DNA of 63,792 nt, the filler included, from Choristocarpus tenellus KU-1152 (taxonomy: Eukaryota > Protista > Phaeophyceae), in assembly GCA_964200185.2 (NCBI GenBank). It is 11 parts of 11 records of this genome, joined end to end, with 100 filler letters (N's around TTAATTAATTAA, not from the genome) between each part and the next. Parts side by side here need not be neighbours in the genome. Positions count along the whole stretch, not along the records: positions 1 to 3,164 come from CAXNAD020021841.1; positions 3,265 to 7,684 come from CAXNAD020014637.1; positions 7,785 to 17,423 come from CAXNAD020003512.1; 8 more parts are not named here. The stretch is one strand, 5' to 3'. The position numbers were made by a program, and so were the translations under genes. Shown here in pieces: positions 1 through 14,149 of this stretch (position 1 is its first letter; each line of letters starts with the position of its first letter). The notes beneath the pieces were generated by a model. That model was not told where the DNA came from. It made no database searches and saw only the letters and a program-made list of their open reading frames with translations.

Positions 1-1989
1 CTGTCAAATTGAGCCTCCCCCCCCTCTTTTCCTCCTTCCTCTTCCTTCCCCCCCCCCCCCTCCATTCTCAATTCCTTCTCCGCCCTGATGTTTGGCTTTT
101 CTTCACTAGTGCCTACGCACATGTGGCTCTTTAAAAGGTGTGGAGTGTGTGTAGTTTGTAATGTTGAAGAAAAGGGCAATATTATAGCACAATGAACTGT
201 ATGAGGAATGAGATTTGCACTCCATCAACTCAACCATGTCCATTTCCGAAAGTGATTACATGGATGTTCCGTCTTTCTATGAATTGGTGATCTTTTGGAT
301 TGCTTCTCATTCAATAGCAGTGGTGTATTTGAAGCATATTCCTTGCCTGTGGTATTGGTTCAGGTGTACAATTTATTGGGTTTGGTGTAGTGGAAGGGGA
401 TGTGTTAGGAGTTGGCAAGAGGTGTCTATCTCTCTTGCCCCAGTCATGTTTGTTTTGGTACAGGTGTGTTTCTAATAAAGGACTTGACAAGCAAGATGCT
501 ACAGTTATTGTGATGCAAGACCAGGTTCTGCTAAAAAGCATCTCGTCATTAATCCTGGAGGTGTGGCATGTCATAATAGGGTGTAAAACTGTTCTAGTTT
601 TATTATTCTAGTCTACTAGTTTTGTCATTGTCAACAAATACAACACTGTTTCAGTTATATCACTTAATAGCATGTCCGAGAATCCTTGGGTTTGAATTTA
701 AGTTGAATTAACCGGGGCAGGTGGTCCTGCTAAGATTTTTGGCGTCCCTCTTTCAGGTGGCAGATGTTTTTGAGCACATCCTGGGTTGTTTTCCATATCT
801 ATGTTCCACAACTCACAGCAAAGGAGCAACAATCTCAAGCCCCTTTCTACATTCTGGTTAAACTCAAGTACACTCTTGAGTTTTCCAGGACACCTCAAAC
901 ATTGAGGCAAATAAGAGCAAAGTTAAGTGTACGAAACGATGAGATCTGAAAACTCCCTACCATACTAACCTCTTTTTGGTAATATATAGCTGTGCTCAAC
1001 ATTTATCGGCACTGGAGCTGTTTCTGTCTTCACATAAGTGTAATGAAAAATGTGTTGAGATAAATTTTACATTTCATGTGAGTGATGACATAATTTGTTA
1101 AGAGAAGTAGGTGAGCTCAGCCACTCCTCAACTAAGATTGTGCAATTGTGTCAAATGATTTAAATACATTTTTTTATTATTGACTGGTCTGTCGTTATAT
1201 TACAATTGACCAAGGCTCTAGATTTTAATATCTTGACCACAAAGTTGAACTATGGTAGACATTACACCTTGCTGCTAACCTATTATACTCACATGCCAAC
1301 TACCAAATAGTACACTTTTTTTGAAACTCATTTCTCTAAAGCAATGTGTCCATCGCAAACTATCCTTATCAGAAAGACGAGAGTTGCTGACTGTTTAGGA
1401 CCATTGCGACTCCTATCTAGTAAGTGAGCAATCAATTAAAGTAACAGTCACAAATGATGAATACCTAGGACATCCTATTACATGTGGAGGAGCACAGGTA
1501 CAGGCAGCGGAACCAAAACATAGGAACTACTTAAAAAAAATAATGCCAAAAAGGTAACAGAGACGTTAAATGCATTTAAGACGCTCACACGAAATTGACA
1601 ATACAACCCAATGACAACAGATACAGAATCGACAGTACACAAGTAGTCACAGGGAGTTAGTCTTTCTGCTTGGTAACTAAACAACCAATCAATGCTACCT
1701 GCCGCTCTCCTCAGCATGCTTTCGAACCACGTTTGCCATACACCACTCAGTCAAGTCCAAAACAGCACAATATATGTGATGCAATTTCACCAGTGTGTCG
1801 GGTCTTACCATTCCACCAAATTTTATGCTCTAGTACAGGTTTGTTTTTCCCACTCTTGAATACTTTTGTTTCCCTCTCCACCACCGAGACCATACAAACC
1901 TGACAGTCGAACCAGGTTAAAGAATATAATAGGAATTGTCACTGGACACGTTCCCCTCTCTCGGAAGAGCTTTTCTAATCCTTCCCCCC

Positions 1990-3163
1990 CCCCCCCATCT
2001 CCACCTAACCTACAATACCTCTCATTAACAAGAATCTCCAACAAAATCTCCACATGTAGTAGATTCTTGTTTTGCCCTCATACACTGGCCTCAAGTTCTA
2101 ACAGCCGTGCATTGGACAAAACCATCTACCGTATCATACCAAACCATTGGAAGAAACTCCTTTGCAACAAGGCAGTAGTGCCTTGCAAACATTCCACAAG
2201 GAGCATGATAACCATCTTCTATACTCTCCCTGCTGCCACACTAACCAAAACACCAAAAATTAAATCCACGCATTTGCAAGATAAAAACAAAGATCAAGGT
2301 CTCTCTCAGTCCCAGACCTTTCAGCTCAATTCCTTTGATTTCCCTCCCAGCTCTCTCACTTCATGCACATCCTCTGGTGTCACTTCAAAATTTTCCACAA
2401 TGCCACGCAACTCACACGGCTCCTCTTCCCGGGGATATATTGGAGGGATACGGGGCCCTTCAGTCCTTCCCCTCAAGCCTGCCCTCATGTAGGGATAAAC
2501 AGCTGCATTGGGGGGGGGGATCTGTATCACTGGGGGAACCAGTACCATATTCCCTTGCTGCATCACCGGCTGACCCAAGTTCTGAGTCAGCACCTGATTG
2601 TCAAGTACCAGTTGCATGGCTTTGCTATCCAATTGTTGTTGCTGCTGTTGGAATCCCACGCATGACGCCAGACTTGGCTCGTGTTTCCTGCCATCCCCCC
2701 CAAATACCTCGGTCCCCTGTATCATCCTCATGGCAGGTAACTGATACTGGCTCTGTTGAATAAAATAATGTGCTCCCATTGGCATTGGCATCATCGACTC
2801 AGTCCCACCCTCACATGTAAGGAGCATCTCCTGTAGCGAAGGCTGAGCTGAATGCACCAGCTCACCCTGTCTCTGATTGCACACCCCAGCCACAGACACC
2901 CTGGAATCACACACACCCTCCTTCGACATGTTGAACGCCCCACCAGCACCCACTGAAGATGTCATCATAGCTGTCCCAGGGCCCACAGGCATCCTAGCCA
3001 CAGCAATGCCTGAAGGCATTGCAGAGGGTGAGACCATCCCCAACATACCTGATGCATGCACACGTTGGGAAGAAGGGGGTTGGGTGCCGGGGGCACAGGC
3101 AGGGGTGATCACACAACCGGAGGTGTCCTTGGTTGAAGAAGAGGGAATAGCTGTAGTTGCCAT
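1990..3163 (-). pseudogene. Low-complexity ORF (280 aa, 5'-truncated by the contig end) followed by decayed sequence; possibly a retrotransposon gag relic
   Basis: ORF 2321-3163 is Q/P/M-rich and ends PRIPPIYPREEEP..; downstream frames are broken by stops; no diagnostic motif. Confidence 0.3.
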
Positions 3164-3164
3164 A

Positions 3165-3264
3165 NNNNNNNNNNNNNNNNNNNNNNNNNNNNNNNNNNNN
3201 NNNNNNNNTTAATTAATTAANNNNNNNNNNNNNNNNNNNNNNNNNNNNNNNNNNNNNNNNNNNN
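3165..3264. other. Artificial contig linker (44 N + TTAATTAATTAA + 44 N); same linker at 7685-7784, 17424-17523, 27763-27862, 33461-33560, 40331-40430, 45679-45778, 51585-51684, 54570-54669, 60954-61053
   Basis: Ten identical 100-nt blocks; TTAATTAATTAA places stop codons in all six frames, as in concatenation linkers. Confidence 0.97.
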
Positions 3265-4996
3265 TCCCTTTCTGCTTTGCAATGCACCCCCCTCCCTTGT
3301 CTGCGCCCCCCCCCCCCCCCCCCCCCCCCGCACACCCCAGTTATACTGTTAGTATTCTTTTCCGGTGCCTTTGACTTGCACCTGGAGGTATAAAGGAAGT
3401 GATGATCTCAAGTGCAGTGACCAATTACAACATGGCCCTTACCAATGGCAACTGCTGCAACTGGACCGTCCGTCAGGACAATTCGACTGGCGGAAGCAGC
3501 AATGCTGCTCATGAGGGGCTAGACACGCAGTGATCTATAGCAACGCCACTGAGCAGTGTTTTGTGTTGTTCTCTTTAGCCAATAGCTGGGAATGAAGTTG
3601 TGCAGTAGTCTTTGAGGTGGACACAGTCTTTGAGGCGATCGGTTTAATTTTTTTTTGTAGTTGTGGTAGTGCTGTGGTGGTGATATGTGGTCGATTAAGA
3701 TGTTGATGTTGATGTTGATGTTGATGTTGTTGAACAATCAATACAAAGCATTACACTACAGTGGTTATCACCATATGTCCACTACTGTGTGTTGTGTGTT
3801 ATGATTGTGTGTGTTTTCCGTTTTTTGTGCTTGGTTGAGAAGGCAACACTGTGTGGTTTCCGTAACAGGTGCGACTTAGATGTATGTGACAAAGGCTATG
3901 TGTGGTAACAATCCTGTCCAAGGTACATGTTCTGTGTGTTATACCTTGTGATACCCAAGTCCAATAAATAGAATAGCATGTGTCGTGTTGGAGTGTTTTA
4001 ACACTTGTATTGTGAAATAAATGTTGCCCAAGGCTTGTATCTTGCAGTTTTTTTGTGTGGGGTGGTATTGGATACCAATTATTTCTCAAGGAGAAATGTA
4101 AGGCAGTGCACACTGATCCTCACTAGGGTCATTTCATGTTCCTAGTCCAGAATCTGTTATTGAGGTTATCTATGAAACTTCATTCCCCGTAACATTTGAT
4201 TAATGCCTTACTATTGATTATTTCAACAGTCCTGCCTTAGTATCTCTAATCACCATGCTGCTGTTTACCCAGTTGGATTTCTGTAGCTTGATCTAATGCT
4301 GGATACGCCCTCCAGACACCTGGTTGTATTGGTTTCTTCTCTCATTGTCGGCAGGAGATAGGTTGATGTGGCTAAAAGATAATTTCATTTTGTATTGGAT
4401 CAGCTACTTGTGGATGACCTGTTTCACCCTCTGACTACTTTCTCATGTTTCAGATATCAAGTGTTACAGTAGTGTAGGTTTAATTAGCTTCGTAGGGCAG
4501 AGCTTATATGAAATGAAATTACTCTGTAGTCTCTCTTTGCAAGCACAAGCATGTGTGTTAGCTTGAGCTGAAAAATCGTTGGGACTTTCTTACATTGAGG
4601 TAGATGGAACCCCTGAACACTATTTTGCTGATGGGATCTGAATGAGTGTATGATTTCACTCAAGAACAATCCTTTGTCTTTTTGCCTTTTGTATCACCAG
4701 ATCCTCGCAAAACACAATGCTCACTTTTGTGCCCTAACCCTAACCCCTTCATCCCTGGCATGTAGAAAATATAATTCCATCGCCAACCTTAGGACATGAT
4801 CGCACTTCCTCTCCTTAACAATACACCTCATTTCACCCTTAACATGTACTATTTACTGTCTGTGGTTGTTGTGGTGCCCCCCCTCCCCCCACTTGTACTC
4901 AGGATTTTACCCCAGCTGTGCTGTTTCCAGGTCACCCAATTTTTTACGTCAATTCCCTTGAGGGGGCAGTGAGTGCTTTGGTGAGCATTATGTGTA

Positions 4997-5032
<36 letters not shown>

Positions 5033-7621
5033 ATATTGTGGAGTGCAATGCAGGGTGCCAAGCCTCTTCCATATTTCCTTCACAGGCACCACTGGAGCCT
5101 TCAAAGCACTCATGAGATTTGATTCTGGCTCTGGAGCTGGATTGTCATTCTGTATTCGTATTGCCAAAGTATACAGAGTTTTCTCACTATTTGTGAAGGA
5201 TGGGACAATTAGATTTGTCACAGTACCTGTGTGTTCTCCTGTGGATGATTGATGATGTCATTGTGATCCTGTAGTTAGCCTACTTGACTGCAAAGGTAAA
5301 ACCTTGTTTACTTTTTTGATTGTTGAGGTTCACTCATTTTGAATCAAGTCTGCCCTGATTGTGATATTTCGAAAAAATGGTATTACATTGGATGTAGTAA
5401 AGCTGTTTCTACATTAGTTTTGCTGGCAATCCTGAGTACCCCTGGTGGGAGGGTTGCTCTGATTCTCGACCTCCGACTATCACATAAGGGTTACCTTTCA
5501 CCTCTTCTACTTCTCTTCCCTTGGAAGAGATAGTGTTTTGTGATGGATGTCGAGTGTGGCGTGAATGCACACAACTTAGCTATTGCCTCCCCTTCCCCAA
5601 TGCAGGAGATATCATCCATCGCGGCAATGAATGCAGCCCTTGGTGTGTCACAGTGGATCTTTGGTAACAACAACGATGGTAGCAGGGATGAGGAGGGTGA
5701 TGACTCTCTGCAGCAAGGAGAGGAGGCGGATGGATCCACTGGGGAAGCCTTGTTAGGGAAGGAAGAACTCTAAGGATAGAGTTATGGGGATGTGGTGACA
5801 AGAGGAAGGGGGAGCCGCATATATGTGTATTGTTTTACTTTCTAGGGTATCCGGAGACAGGTCTCGAAACTGCTGTGGAGGATGTGTTGCTTGCTGCATT
5901 GACTGGCGTAGTGAAACGAATTGGACAGGTGTATCATGTACAACACAACAACTGGGCCCACTAGGAGTGTAATTTGTGGTTGCTCATATATTTCATTGTG
6001 GACGAAAGGTTTGCATCCAAGATTCTCATGAATGGGATGGATGATATTATGGAAGTATGTTGTGGGGATGTTGATTTGATTTCCGCTACTCTTTTGAAAT
6101 GAGGGACCTTGCCATGGTTCAGAGTGTGTGCACTGGGTAGTGTGTAATGTATTCAGATAAATAGTGGATAAATATATATATATATATATATATAGGAGTA
6201 TATGCTATATGTCAAGTGCAACACAGGAAACAAGACCATTGAGCTTGCATCTGTGAGCATACATGTGCTTGTGTAGATGAGATCTGACAGAGTAAGGCAG
6301 ATAGGGCTTTGTGCCCCACATGAGGTATTTGATACAGTGAGTGATTTGAGAAGTTTTAAGTGTAGCAAGAAACATGTTGGCAGATATTTGGACCTCTATG
6401 GGAGTGACGTCAAATTGAGATGAGAATTCAGTGTAAACAACCAGTAGGTATAAGGTGTTGGAACAGGAAGGTAGTAAATGTTAGAGTCAGTGTATAGATT
6501 GATTCAGACTACTTGCCCCAGATGCGCTTTTGGGCTTCACTTCCATGTTTGTATGTAACTGCAGCACCCGAAATATATATTTTTATCATCCCAAACATGT
6601 AGTTCTTGCAGCTCAAGCGAGCATACAGGGTGATCACAACTTTTCCTGACAGAGTCCATATCAACACGATGAAGTACTTGTAAGAACAAACCTACTTGTT
6701 GAGATATCTGCTGAGTGTACTGAGTTGCTGGTATTATCTGCTATTGTTGACACATTGTTGCACTATGTTACTTAGTGCGGTGTGTACATTGAGAGAAGTG
6801 TCCCTGACTCAGGTATTTAAGAATCTGGACTACAACAGGGCAGTCCACATGGACCTGCTTCCGGAAAGTGAAGTGATAGTGTGTTCTAGGCTAGGTATTG
6901 TGGTGATGCAAGCTTCAATTTTAAGTTGGAATAGTACCAATGTTTTGCTTTGAAGTAAGTGTAAAATAGTATATATCTTTCTCAAACCAAACCAATTAAC
7001 AGTCAAGCTGACCTATGCTCAATCGTTTCCTGTCAGTGGGACTAATAATGCGTTGCCAGCATTCCTTCAAGTATGATGAAGTGATAGCCACCTTCTGGAC
7101 AAGGTATAATTTAATAATGCACTTCCTTTAGAACATAAACCTCAACGTCTATTTTCTCACGTTAAGAGCTTTTGCTTCCTATCACTTTAGTATCGAGTTG
7201 TTTGAGTGGAGCTTACAAATCCCCTTCATTCACTTTCCTTCTTCGCTCCTTTCCTGAGTGTCCTTCTGAGGGTTGCTCACCCTTGTCTCTCTTCCTTCCG
7301 TTCCTCCTGTGGATCTTCCTCCTCTCCTTCAGTCTGAAGAACCTATCTGCTGTTTCGCAGTTACCGTACTATTAACAGTAGCAGTTCCTACTAATGAACT
7401 ATTCCATGTTCTGTGAAGTGCTGGCACAAAGTATCTCTGAAAGAACATCTTGGGAATATGAACCTATCTATAGTATGGTTGTCATATCTCGATACCAGGC
7501 GAGTCAGATGTATGTACAAAAATGTATTTGCTATTGCCTTCTATGAATGATACGAATCACCTTGTATTTATCATTGTTACGGATACCTACAGCATTTCAG
7601 ATAGAGTAGCCTTGCGGATCT

Positions 7622-7684
7622 GAGCCGAAGTATCTTAGAGGGTAGGGCCTCGTCCAGTTGGGGTCCAAAATCCAATGTTGCGAT
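7622..7684 (+). mobile_element. MITE family A, left end (truncated by linker); a further terminal fragment lies at 7785-7825
   Basis: GAGCCGAAGTATCTTAGAGGGTAGGGCCTCGTCCAGTTGGGGTCCAAAATCCAATGTTGCGAT matches the full copies. Confidence 0.85.
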
Positions 7685-7974
7685 NNNNNNNNNNNNNNNN
7701 NNNNNNNNNNNNNNNNNNNNNNNNNNNNTTAATTAATTAANNNNNNNNNNNNNNNNNNNNNNNNNNNNNNNNNNNNNNNNNNNNCCCGAATGGACGCGAC
7801 TGTACCCTCTAATATACTTTGACTCTAAGCCTGTTTGAACAGATTCGAAATCCGACGCATGCAAACGTCGAAACTCCTAACCAAACCCAAATAAATGGTG
7901 GCATATATTCCCATTCCTCTTGCGTACGCAAGGACAGAAGGGAACCTAACGAACAGTCTTCTTCTTTTTGCCCA

Positions 7975-8075
7975 CATATCCAATCCGACACGTGCGACCA
8001 AATCACACCAAAAAGTGAAAATCGAAAAAAGGGTGAAAAACAGATGCCGACACTCCCCCCCAGATACTTTGACTC
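7975..8075 (-). mobile_element. MITE family C end (related copies at 45531-45678 and 45779-45831)
   Basis: ..CACGTGCGACCAAATCACACCAAAAAGTGAAAATCGAAAAAAGGGTGAAAAA..CCCCCCAGATACTTTGACTC is the reverse complement of 45531-45625. Confidence 0.8.
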
Positions 8076-9946
8076 ACTAATACCATTTTATGTCATGGTT
8101 TGACCAACTCAAGAATGCATATCTTACTATCATATATGACTTATATTGGGAGACGACCTGATTAAGGTAAGTGCTTTCAGGCGTGATGCCTTAAAGTAGA
8201 CATTAATTTTTAAATGCTTAAAGAGAGAAGAAAAATCGGTTATTTACAAACAAGTGTGGTTCACATGTTTACGAATCAAGTTGTTCGCTCAGCTATGATG
8301 TTGTTTCCCTAGAACACTGTTTGTGTGCAGTGAAAAATTGTTGGTGCACAGGAACAATATATCGCACATATCTATCAGTCAAATTACTGTCCGATATCTG
8401 TCTGCTTACTGGTCTCTCAGCAATAAGCACTAAATAGGACTCCATTTTCGCCCTATGGATGAATGTGCAGTCCCGATCAAATCCACTCTCTCTAGCCTTT
8501 GACTCCAAACCAAGACAATGTGGCAACAGGAGCAAAGAGAGGTGGAGGAAAGCTCGCCTCTCCATTGCCATCACCACCACCACCCTTTCTCAAGACCTAG
8601 TGTTCTGATTCATCCCCTTCGTCATTAGCCATAGTAGCAGTTCTTGTATGACAGGCTACGTCGGTTTCACACCCCTCCATCGCCATCAGCATCACCACCC
8701 TTTTTCATGACTAATTCATCCCCTTCGTCATCAGCCATAGTAGAAGTTCTTGTAGGACAGGCTACGTCGGTTGCTCACCCCTTACAGGCCTCAACTACAT
8801 CCTCTTGCTCTTCAAATTGTAGTCATTCCTGAGCCCTAGTGATACTGTCGTTGGTCAGAAGCTCTCCAGTCTACATCTGAGGGTCTCCTAAGTTCCTGCC
8901 AAGTTAGGCTCACAATCTCTCTCACCCTCTCCTTGTTGTTGGGTGCCCATACCCAGTTTCTGCAGGAGCTCTGTGAGTTCATAGATAGTTTGGTCATGTC
9001 CACCACAAAGTACGTCATGACCTAATGTTGCGGCAAGCTCTCCTCGCTTTGGGGCATTTAACCTCTTTGCCTCCAGCTAGTACCTATGACCAGGGTCAGG
9101 AGTCGGGGTATTAACACACGGATCCATTATGAAACAAGAAATGAAAGCAAGACCTGGGGAGACACAAGACCGATTAGTGCTTAGTTCGTTGCAGTTATAA
9201 TTTATACATTAACGTAGGGTATAATAGCAGTTGTACAGAAGATACACGGCACAAGCACTATAGGCATGCTGACAGCAGTAATACAGCACACATACATGTA
9301 TACCAGATATAAAATGTTACTTCTGGGTGGCATGGCCTCCTAACCACCTTCTCATCATCCATTCGGCTTGCAAGAAGCTACTTCAGAAGCACTTTCTTGT
9401 TAGCTACAATTCATGCATGGTCCTCATGCCAACACTGCATTGCTCGGCTATTCTGACTTGATTCATCTTGTGTCCAAATATTGCAAGCTCGGCACTTCGC
9501 CTCCCACCCAGGGCCAAAGACAACTGTTTCCGTTATCAGTGCCACTTGACGAGTCCTTACGATCCCCCTTGCGCTTTGCCATGCTGGACAAGGCTCTGCC
9601 CTCAACCATGTTAGCAGCTACTTTCTCCCCAATCTGACCCTGTGGCAGACACTTGTAATTTGTTGGCGACCAAAAGGCTGTTTCCAGTTGGAGGAGATGA
9701 CGCCCGTGGCACAAGGATAGACCAATCATCACTTGTGTCCTTGTCACTCTTCTCCTCCTTAGAGGTGTGAGAATCTAAGCACGATCTCTTCACCTATTCA
9801 TCGTCTCCGTCCAGATCTATGGTGCCACGAATTTCATTATCGTAGTGTCCACACCTACATCTATGCCCAGAGAAGTGTGGTGGATCCAGTATGACGGCAG
9901 GAACAAGACAATGGCCTTTCACTGCACATGGTAATGACACTGCTTG

Positions 9947-10207
9947 GAGCCAAATCAATTGAGAGGTGGGCAGTTTTGAACCTTTTTGGCATTCTAAGCC
10001 ATCTTTCTTGCCCGGTGTAATACAATCTATTCCATTGCTTTGTGTGCACAATAGTTTACGCAAAATTGACATTTCCCCCTTTCCACACACAAAGCGACAT
10101 CACAATTACGCAAAGACTCTTTCTGAATTTATAAAAAATGACATATTTTTGTCCCTTCTCGAGATCCTTTAAATGCAACCCTATCTACCTCTCAGTTAGT
10201 TTGACTC
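9947..10207 (+). mobile_element. MITE family D (shorter copy at 31991-32372)
   Basis: TIRs GAGCCAAATCAATTGAGAGGTGGG ... CTATCTACCTCTCAGTTAGTTTGACTC; internal GCATTCTAAGCCATCTTTCTT shared with the 31991 copy. Confidence 0.8.
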
Positions 10208-10215
10208 TTGGGCGT

Positions 10216-10476
10216 GAGTCGAAGGAAATGAGGTACCCAGAGTTGCATTTTAGGATGCTGACAAACATGTCCAAAATTTGACTTTTTTTATTAATGCCTA
10301 TTGGAGTTTCTGAATCATTTCTAAAAGTTTCAAACAATAGAGAAATCAACCCTCTCAAGTCAACCTTGGCCCTTCGTTCATATAATTATAATTATAGACG
10401 AATTGGAAAAGGTTGGAAACCCCGGCTTAAAATGCCAAACGCCCAAAAACTGGGTATCTCTCTTTTACTTCAGCTC
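10216..10476 (+). mobile_element. MITE family E (second copy ~29765-30020)
   Basis: GAGTCGAAGGAAATGAGGTACCCAGAGTTGCATT ... CTGGGTATCTCTCTTTTACTTCAGCTC; the second copy shares GAGGTACCCAGAGTTGCATT and AGAAATCAACCCTC and ends TTTGACTC. Confidence 0.75.
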
Positions 10477-10637
10477 TGTCTAGATGACCACAGACCGGGT
10501 TCTCACCTCCTTTGGTATAGCATATGTCTATCCACTTGAGGCATGTCTGCCCACTGTTACCCAAACTATACTCTATGGGACAAAATAGAGAAAGACATTT
10601 GTGCAAGGCAAATAAATGGTATGCCTTATTGCCTGAC

Positions 10638-10900
10638 GAGCCAAAGTATCTTAAAGGGTAGAGCCGCATCCATATGGGGACCAAAATCCAATGTTGAGAT
10701 TTTGATATAATTTTGGTCATTGTGTTTGTTGGGAAGTGTCAATATCCATGTTCTGGACACAACTTTTCATAACGTACATATTTTACCTACTCCGAAACAT
10801 GTTTCGGAGTAGGTAAATAATAACATAAAAAAAAACATGGGAAGCCAAGCCCCAATGTACAAACAGGGCAAAACTCGCACCCTCTAAGATACTTTCACTT
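10638..10900 (+). mobile_element. MITE family A, full copy (~260 bp), TSD TGAC
   Basis: TIRs GAGCCAAAGTATCTTAAAGGGT / ACCCTCTAAGATACTTTCACTT; TGAC on both flanks. Confidence 0.9.
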
Positions 10901-11247
10901 TGACATGCCTTAAATTAAGTATGCCTAAAAATGGTTCTAGTACTATAGTTCGAGTGAACTGTTGGCGCACGAGGCAATGCGCGGGAAACGTGTGTAGGTC
11001 GCTGTGTATTGCGTGGCACTGTGAGGCAGAAAATATGAAAATATTATAACAGTGAGTCTCATTGCAAGGTTGTTGGTTTCTACATGAGATTTCGTGACAA
11101 CAATGGAAAGGACAACAGAACATCTGGATTTGCCATCGCACATCAAAGTTATAGTCATACAGCAATTGAAACAGAAGCGGACCATGATTGAACAAAACAC
11201 TTATACTGTCTGCGGAGTCTGTCGTTAACCAGCGCAATATTTTGTAT

Positions 11248-11500
11248 GAGTGAAAGTATATTAGAGGGTACGAGCTTTTGTCCGTTTGGGGCTGGGCTTC
11301 CCACGGTTTTTTTTATTACATTTTTTCCTACTCGGAAATGTTTCGGAGTAGGTAAAATGTATACCTAATGAAAAGGTGTGTCTGGAACAAGGATATTGAC
11401 ACTTCCTAACAAACACGATAGCCAATATTTCATAAAACCGCAGCATTGGATTTATCACCCACAACCGGACACGGCTCTACCCTCTAAGATACTTTGACTC
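11248..11500 (-). mobile_element. MITE family A, full copy
   Basis: GAGTGAAAGTATATTAGAGGGTA ... TACCCTCTAAGATACTTTGACTC; flanks GTAT/GAAT (one mismatch). Confidence 0.9.
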
Positions 11501-11763
11501 GAATTCATTCTGATCACTAGTAATGTTTTGTTATAGCACAACACGATGGGGTGCTATCACAACACTTTGTAGAGTGATGGCCTAAACACTAGGTTGTCTC
11601 GTTACACGGGTGCTATAACATTCTATTTTGTCTTAGTGGCATAACGTATGTTACATGAAAATGGTAACATAAGTTGTGTATGATTTGGACTAGAGTTAGA
11701 CAGGCATTACACGGAGTCGTGCATGTTTGATCCGGAGTGTTACGGGTGGTATACAGTATTGTA

Positions 11764-13351
11764 CTCTCTCTGTCCCATAGGCCTGGACCGTTAAGTTGCA
11801 GCTCTTCGGGATGACCTCTGATTACAAAACGGACTTTTGCTGTGGATTCCTTGGAATATTTTACATTAAAAAAATAATTTCAAAGAATTCTGTTGTTAAA
11901 TGGTTCCGAATTAATGGGACACAGAATGGGGCATATTCTTATATTTTTCAGAATGCTCCTGCTGCAGCAGCGTGGAGTAGGACAAAGAGGCAAAGCATTT
12001 AAGAGGGTACGAGTTTTGTTCTGTTTGTCAGTTTGGGGCTTGGCTTCCCACGGGTTTTGGATGACATTTTCCTAACTCAAAGAAAATGTAAACGTTCTGG
12101 AGAAGGTATGATTTATAAAACTGTGAAAAGGTGTGTCCAGAACAAGGATATAGACACTTTCCTAACAAACACAATAGCCAAAATCAAAATCGCAATATTG
12201 GATTTTGAACCCAAACGGATGCAACTCTACCCTATAAGATGCTTTGACTCAATACTTTCTCAACCCCCAAGGTGAGCCCCCACAGCCCGTCATCCCCAGC
12301 ACAAAGCCCACCGTCTTGGGGAAAGAACTGCAAGCTGACTAAGGAAGGTCGGACTGCACTTGCTCTGCGTTACGCATTGGCTCTTCCTCCGGGTCACGAG
12401 AGGCTCCCAAGGGTTGTAGGGTCTAAAAATTGGTGAAAGAGTTTGGAGTGGGAGAGAGACACTCTAGACGGGTGTGGGAACATATCAAAGAACTGTTTAG
12501 ACAGGCCATCTCCCTGAAATCACAAGCACGATCTGGATGGCTGTCGGACACTAAGCCAACGAAACAAGCAAAGATCCAGGAAATCAACGCCAATAATAAT
12601 TGCATGCTGACTAGTGACCAACTTTCCGCCAAGCTCAAAGCGGGCCTTACAGTTGGCAGCTCAAAGCTTCATCGCTGGCTCGAAACCATGGGGGCAATGA
12701 GGGTTCAGTGGCGCGTCACCCCTAGCGTTTCGTTTTATCACAAGAAGAACATGGTGGACTTCATCCTCAACCAGACCGCCCGCAACCGCGGGTTTCTAAT
12801 CACATTTTCCTACTCCCAAATGTTTAGGAGTAGGTTAAATGTATGTTATTTAAAGGTGTGTCTAGAAAAGGATATTGACGCTTCCTAACAAACACAATAG
12901 CCAAAATTACATCAAAATCGGAACATTGGATATTGCCCCTAAATGGACGCGACTCTATCCTCTAAGATACTTTGACTCCGTTACGCCACCGTTGATAAAC
13001 TTGTAAAGGGGGTTTCAAGCATGTTCCACACGTACGACACAGACACGTTCAAGAAGGTGTGGCAGAGTCTGTTTTTAAGAGGTACAATCAGGTTTTAAGG
13101 GCGATCTTGATGTAGAGCACACCTGGACCAAAAAAATGCAGCGGGAGGGCGAGTTGGCTAGGTCAGCTGAAGTTGGCTGAGCGCCCTCCGTGATTGACCT
13201 GGATGGGTGGGTTGACGGTGTGGAATAAAGGCGAGACACTATTTATTAATGTAAAATATTCCAAGGAATCCAATGCAAAGGTCTGTTTTGTAATCGGAGC
13301 TCATCTCGAAGAGCTACAACATATCAACCCAGATCTATAGGACAGAGGGAG
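11764..13351 (+). mobile_element. Tc1/mariner element of plant (DD39D, Stowaway-ended) type, decayed; carries two MITE-A insertions (11987-12250 and ~12800-12978)
   Basis: TA-CTCTCTCTGTCCCATAGG ... ATAGGACAGAGGGAG-TA; ~100-bp imperfect TIRs (GGATTCCTTGGAATATTTTACATTA / TAATGTAAAATATTCCAAGGAATCC); transposase N-terminal remnant ORF 12430-~12800 homologous to 34700-35400 (-). Confidence 0.85.
11987..12250 (-). mobile_element. MITE family A copy inside the mariner element
   Basis: GAGGCAAAGCATTTAAGAGGGTAC ... TACCCTATAAGATGCTTTGACTC. Confidence 0.85.
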
Positions 13352-14149
13352 TATATGTTTTGGAGTATGTGTTGTGAGCACTACATTGTCTTGTATATGT
13401 ATTTGCCGTCAGTGATATGGGCTTAACATTGTTGTTGAGTGTTATGCCCTCCAAGGTGTGATAGATTTTGCCCCCCCCCCTTCCTTGACACATCTCCAAA
13501 ATGTCAGAGGGCATAATAACAAAAAATCCTACAATATTTTAAACTCTGTTGGAAGGTGCCTAATATAGTGTGTCTGAAAACGCACACAGGGATGAAATAA
13601 CAAAACGACACCCCAGCTCTTGCCCCCCAAAAGAGGCCCCTGGTATGCGCACACTCTGCTCCATGGAAAAGAAAAGAGTAAGAGAAAACAAAAACATGAA
13701 CACAATATAGTTATCAAGGGCATTCATCCAAGAGAAACACAGCTTGGCGTCATGCGTAACACACTGCTGTGGAGTACTATTAATAATAGTAGTAGTACTC
13801 AATATAATAGCTGGGATATAGAACATCTTCTACGTCGTCAATATGGCCAGTAAATCCTATGATATAGATAGGAAAAGGGCTGAAGGGAAAAAGAAAACTG
13901 CCACACTGGGTACGTCCAATCTGAACACCACAGGTCATCATGTATCGCACACAGAGGAGAGAGGACTGCAAGAAGAATAATCAAAACCTCAAAAAGAAAG
14001 CGAGAGTGAGAAAAGCAATGCTCAACACAACCAATGAATGATGAGTAGATATGTACACTACTGGGTCTTCTTGGGATATTGCCTTAGCAACACACACAAA
14101 CACACACACATAAACTCATAACAACATTTTGTTGGTTTAGTACCCTGTT

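Noticed and set aside
1866-2492. 208-aa + strand ORF and other overlapping short ORFs
   Set aside because: Antisense shadow of the minus-strand relic with no motifs; most short ORFs in the track are likewise spurious.
3209-3220. Recurrent palindrome TTAATTAATTAA as a biological motif
   Set aside because: Always centred in the N linkers; artificial.
3697-3735. (GATGTT)n and other microsatellites ((GT)n at 5000, (CACC)n at 31320, (GGGGACA)n at 63505)
   Set aside because: Ordinary simple repeats.
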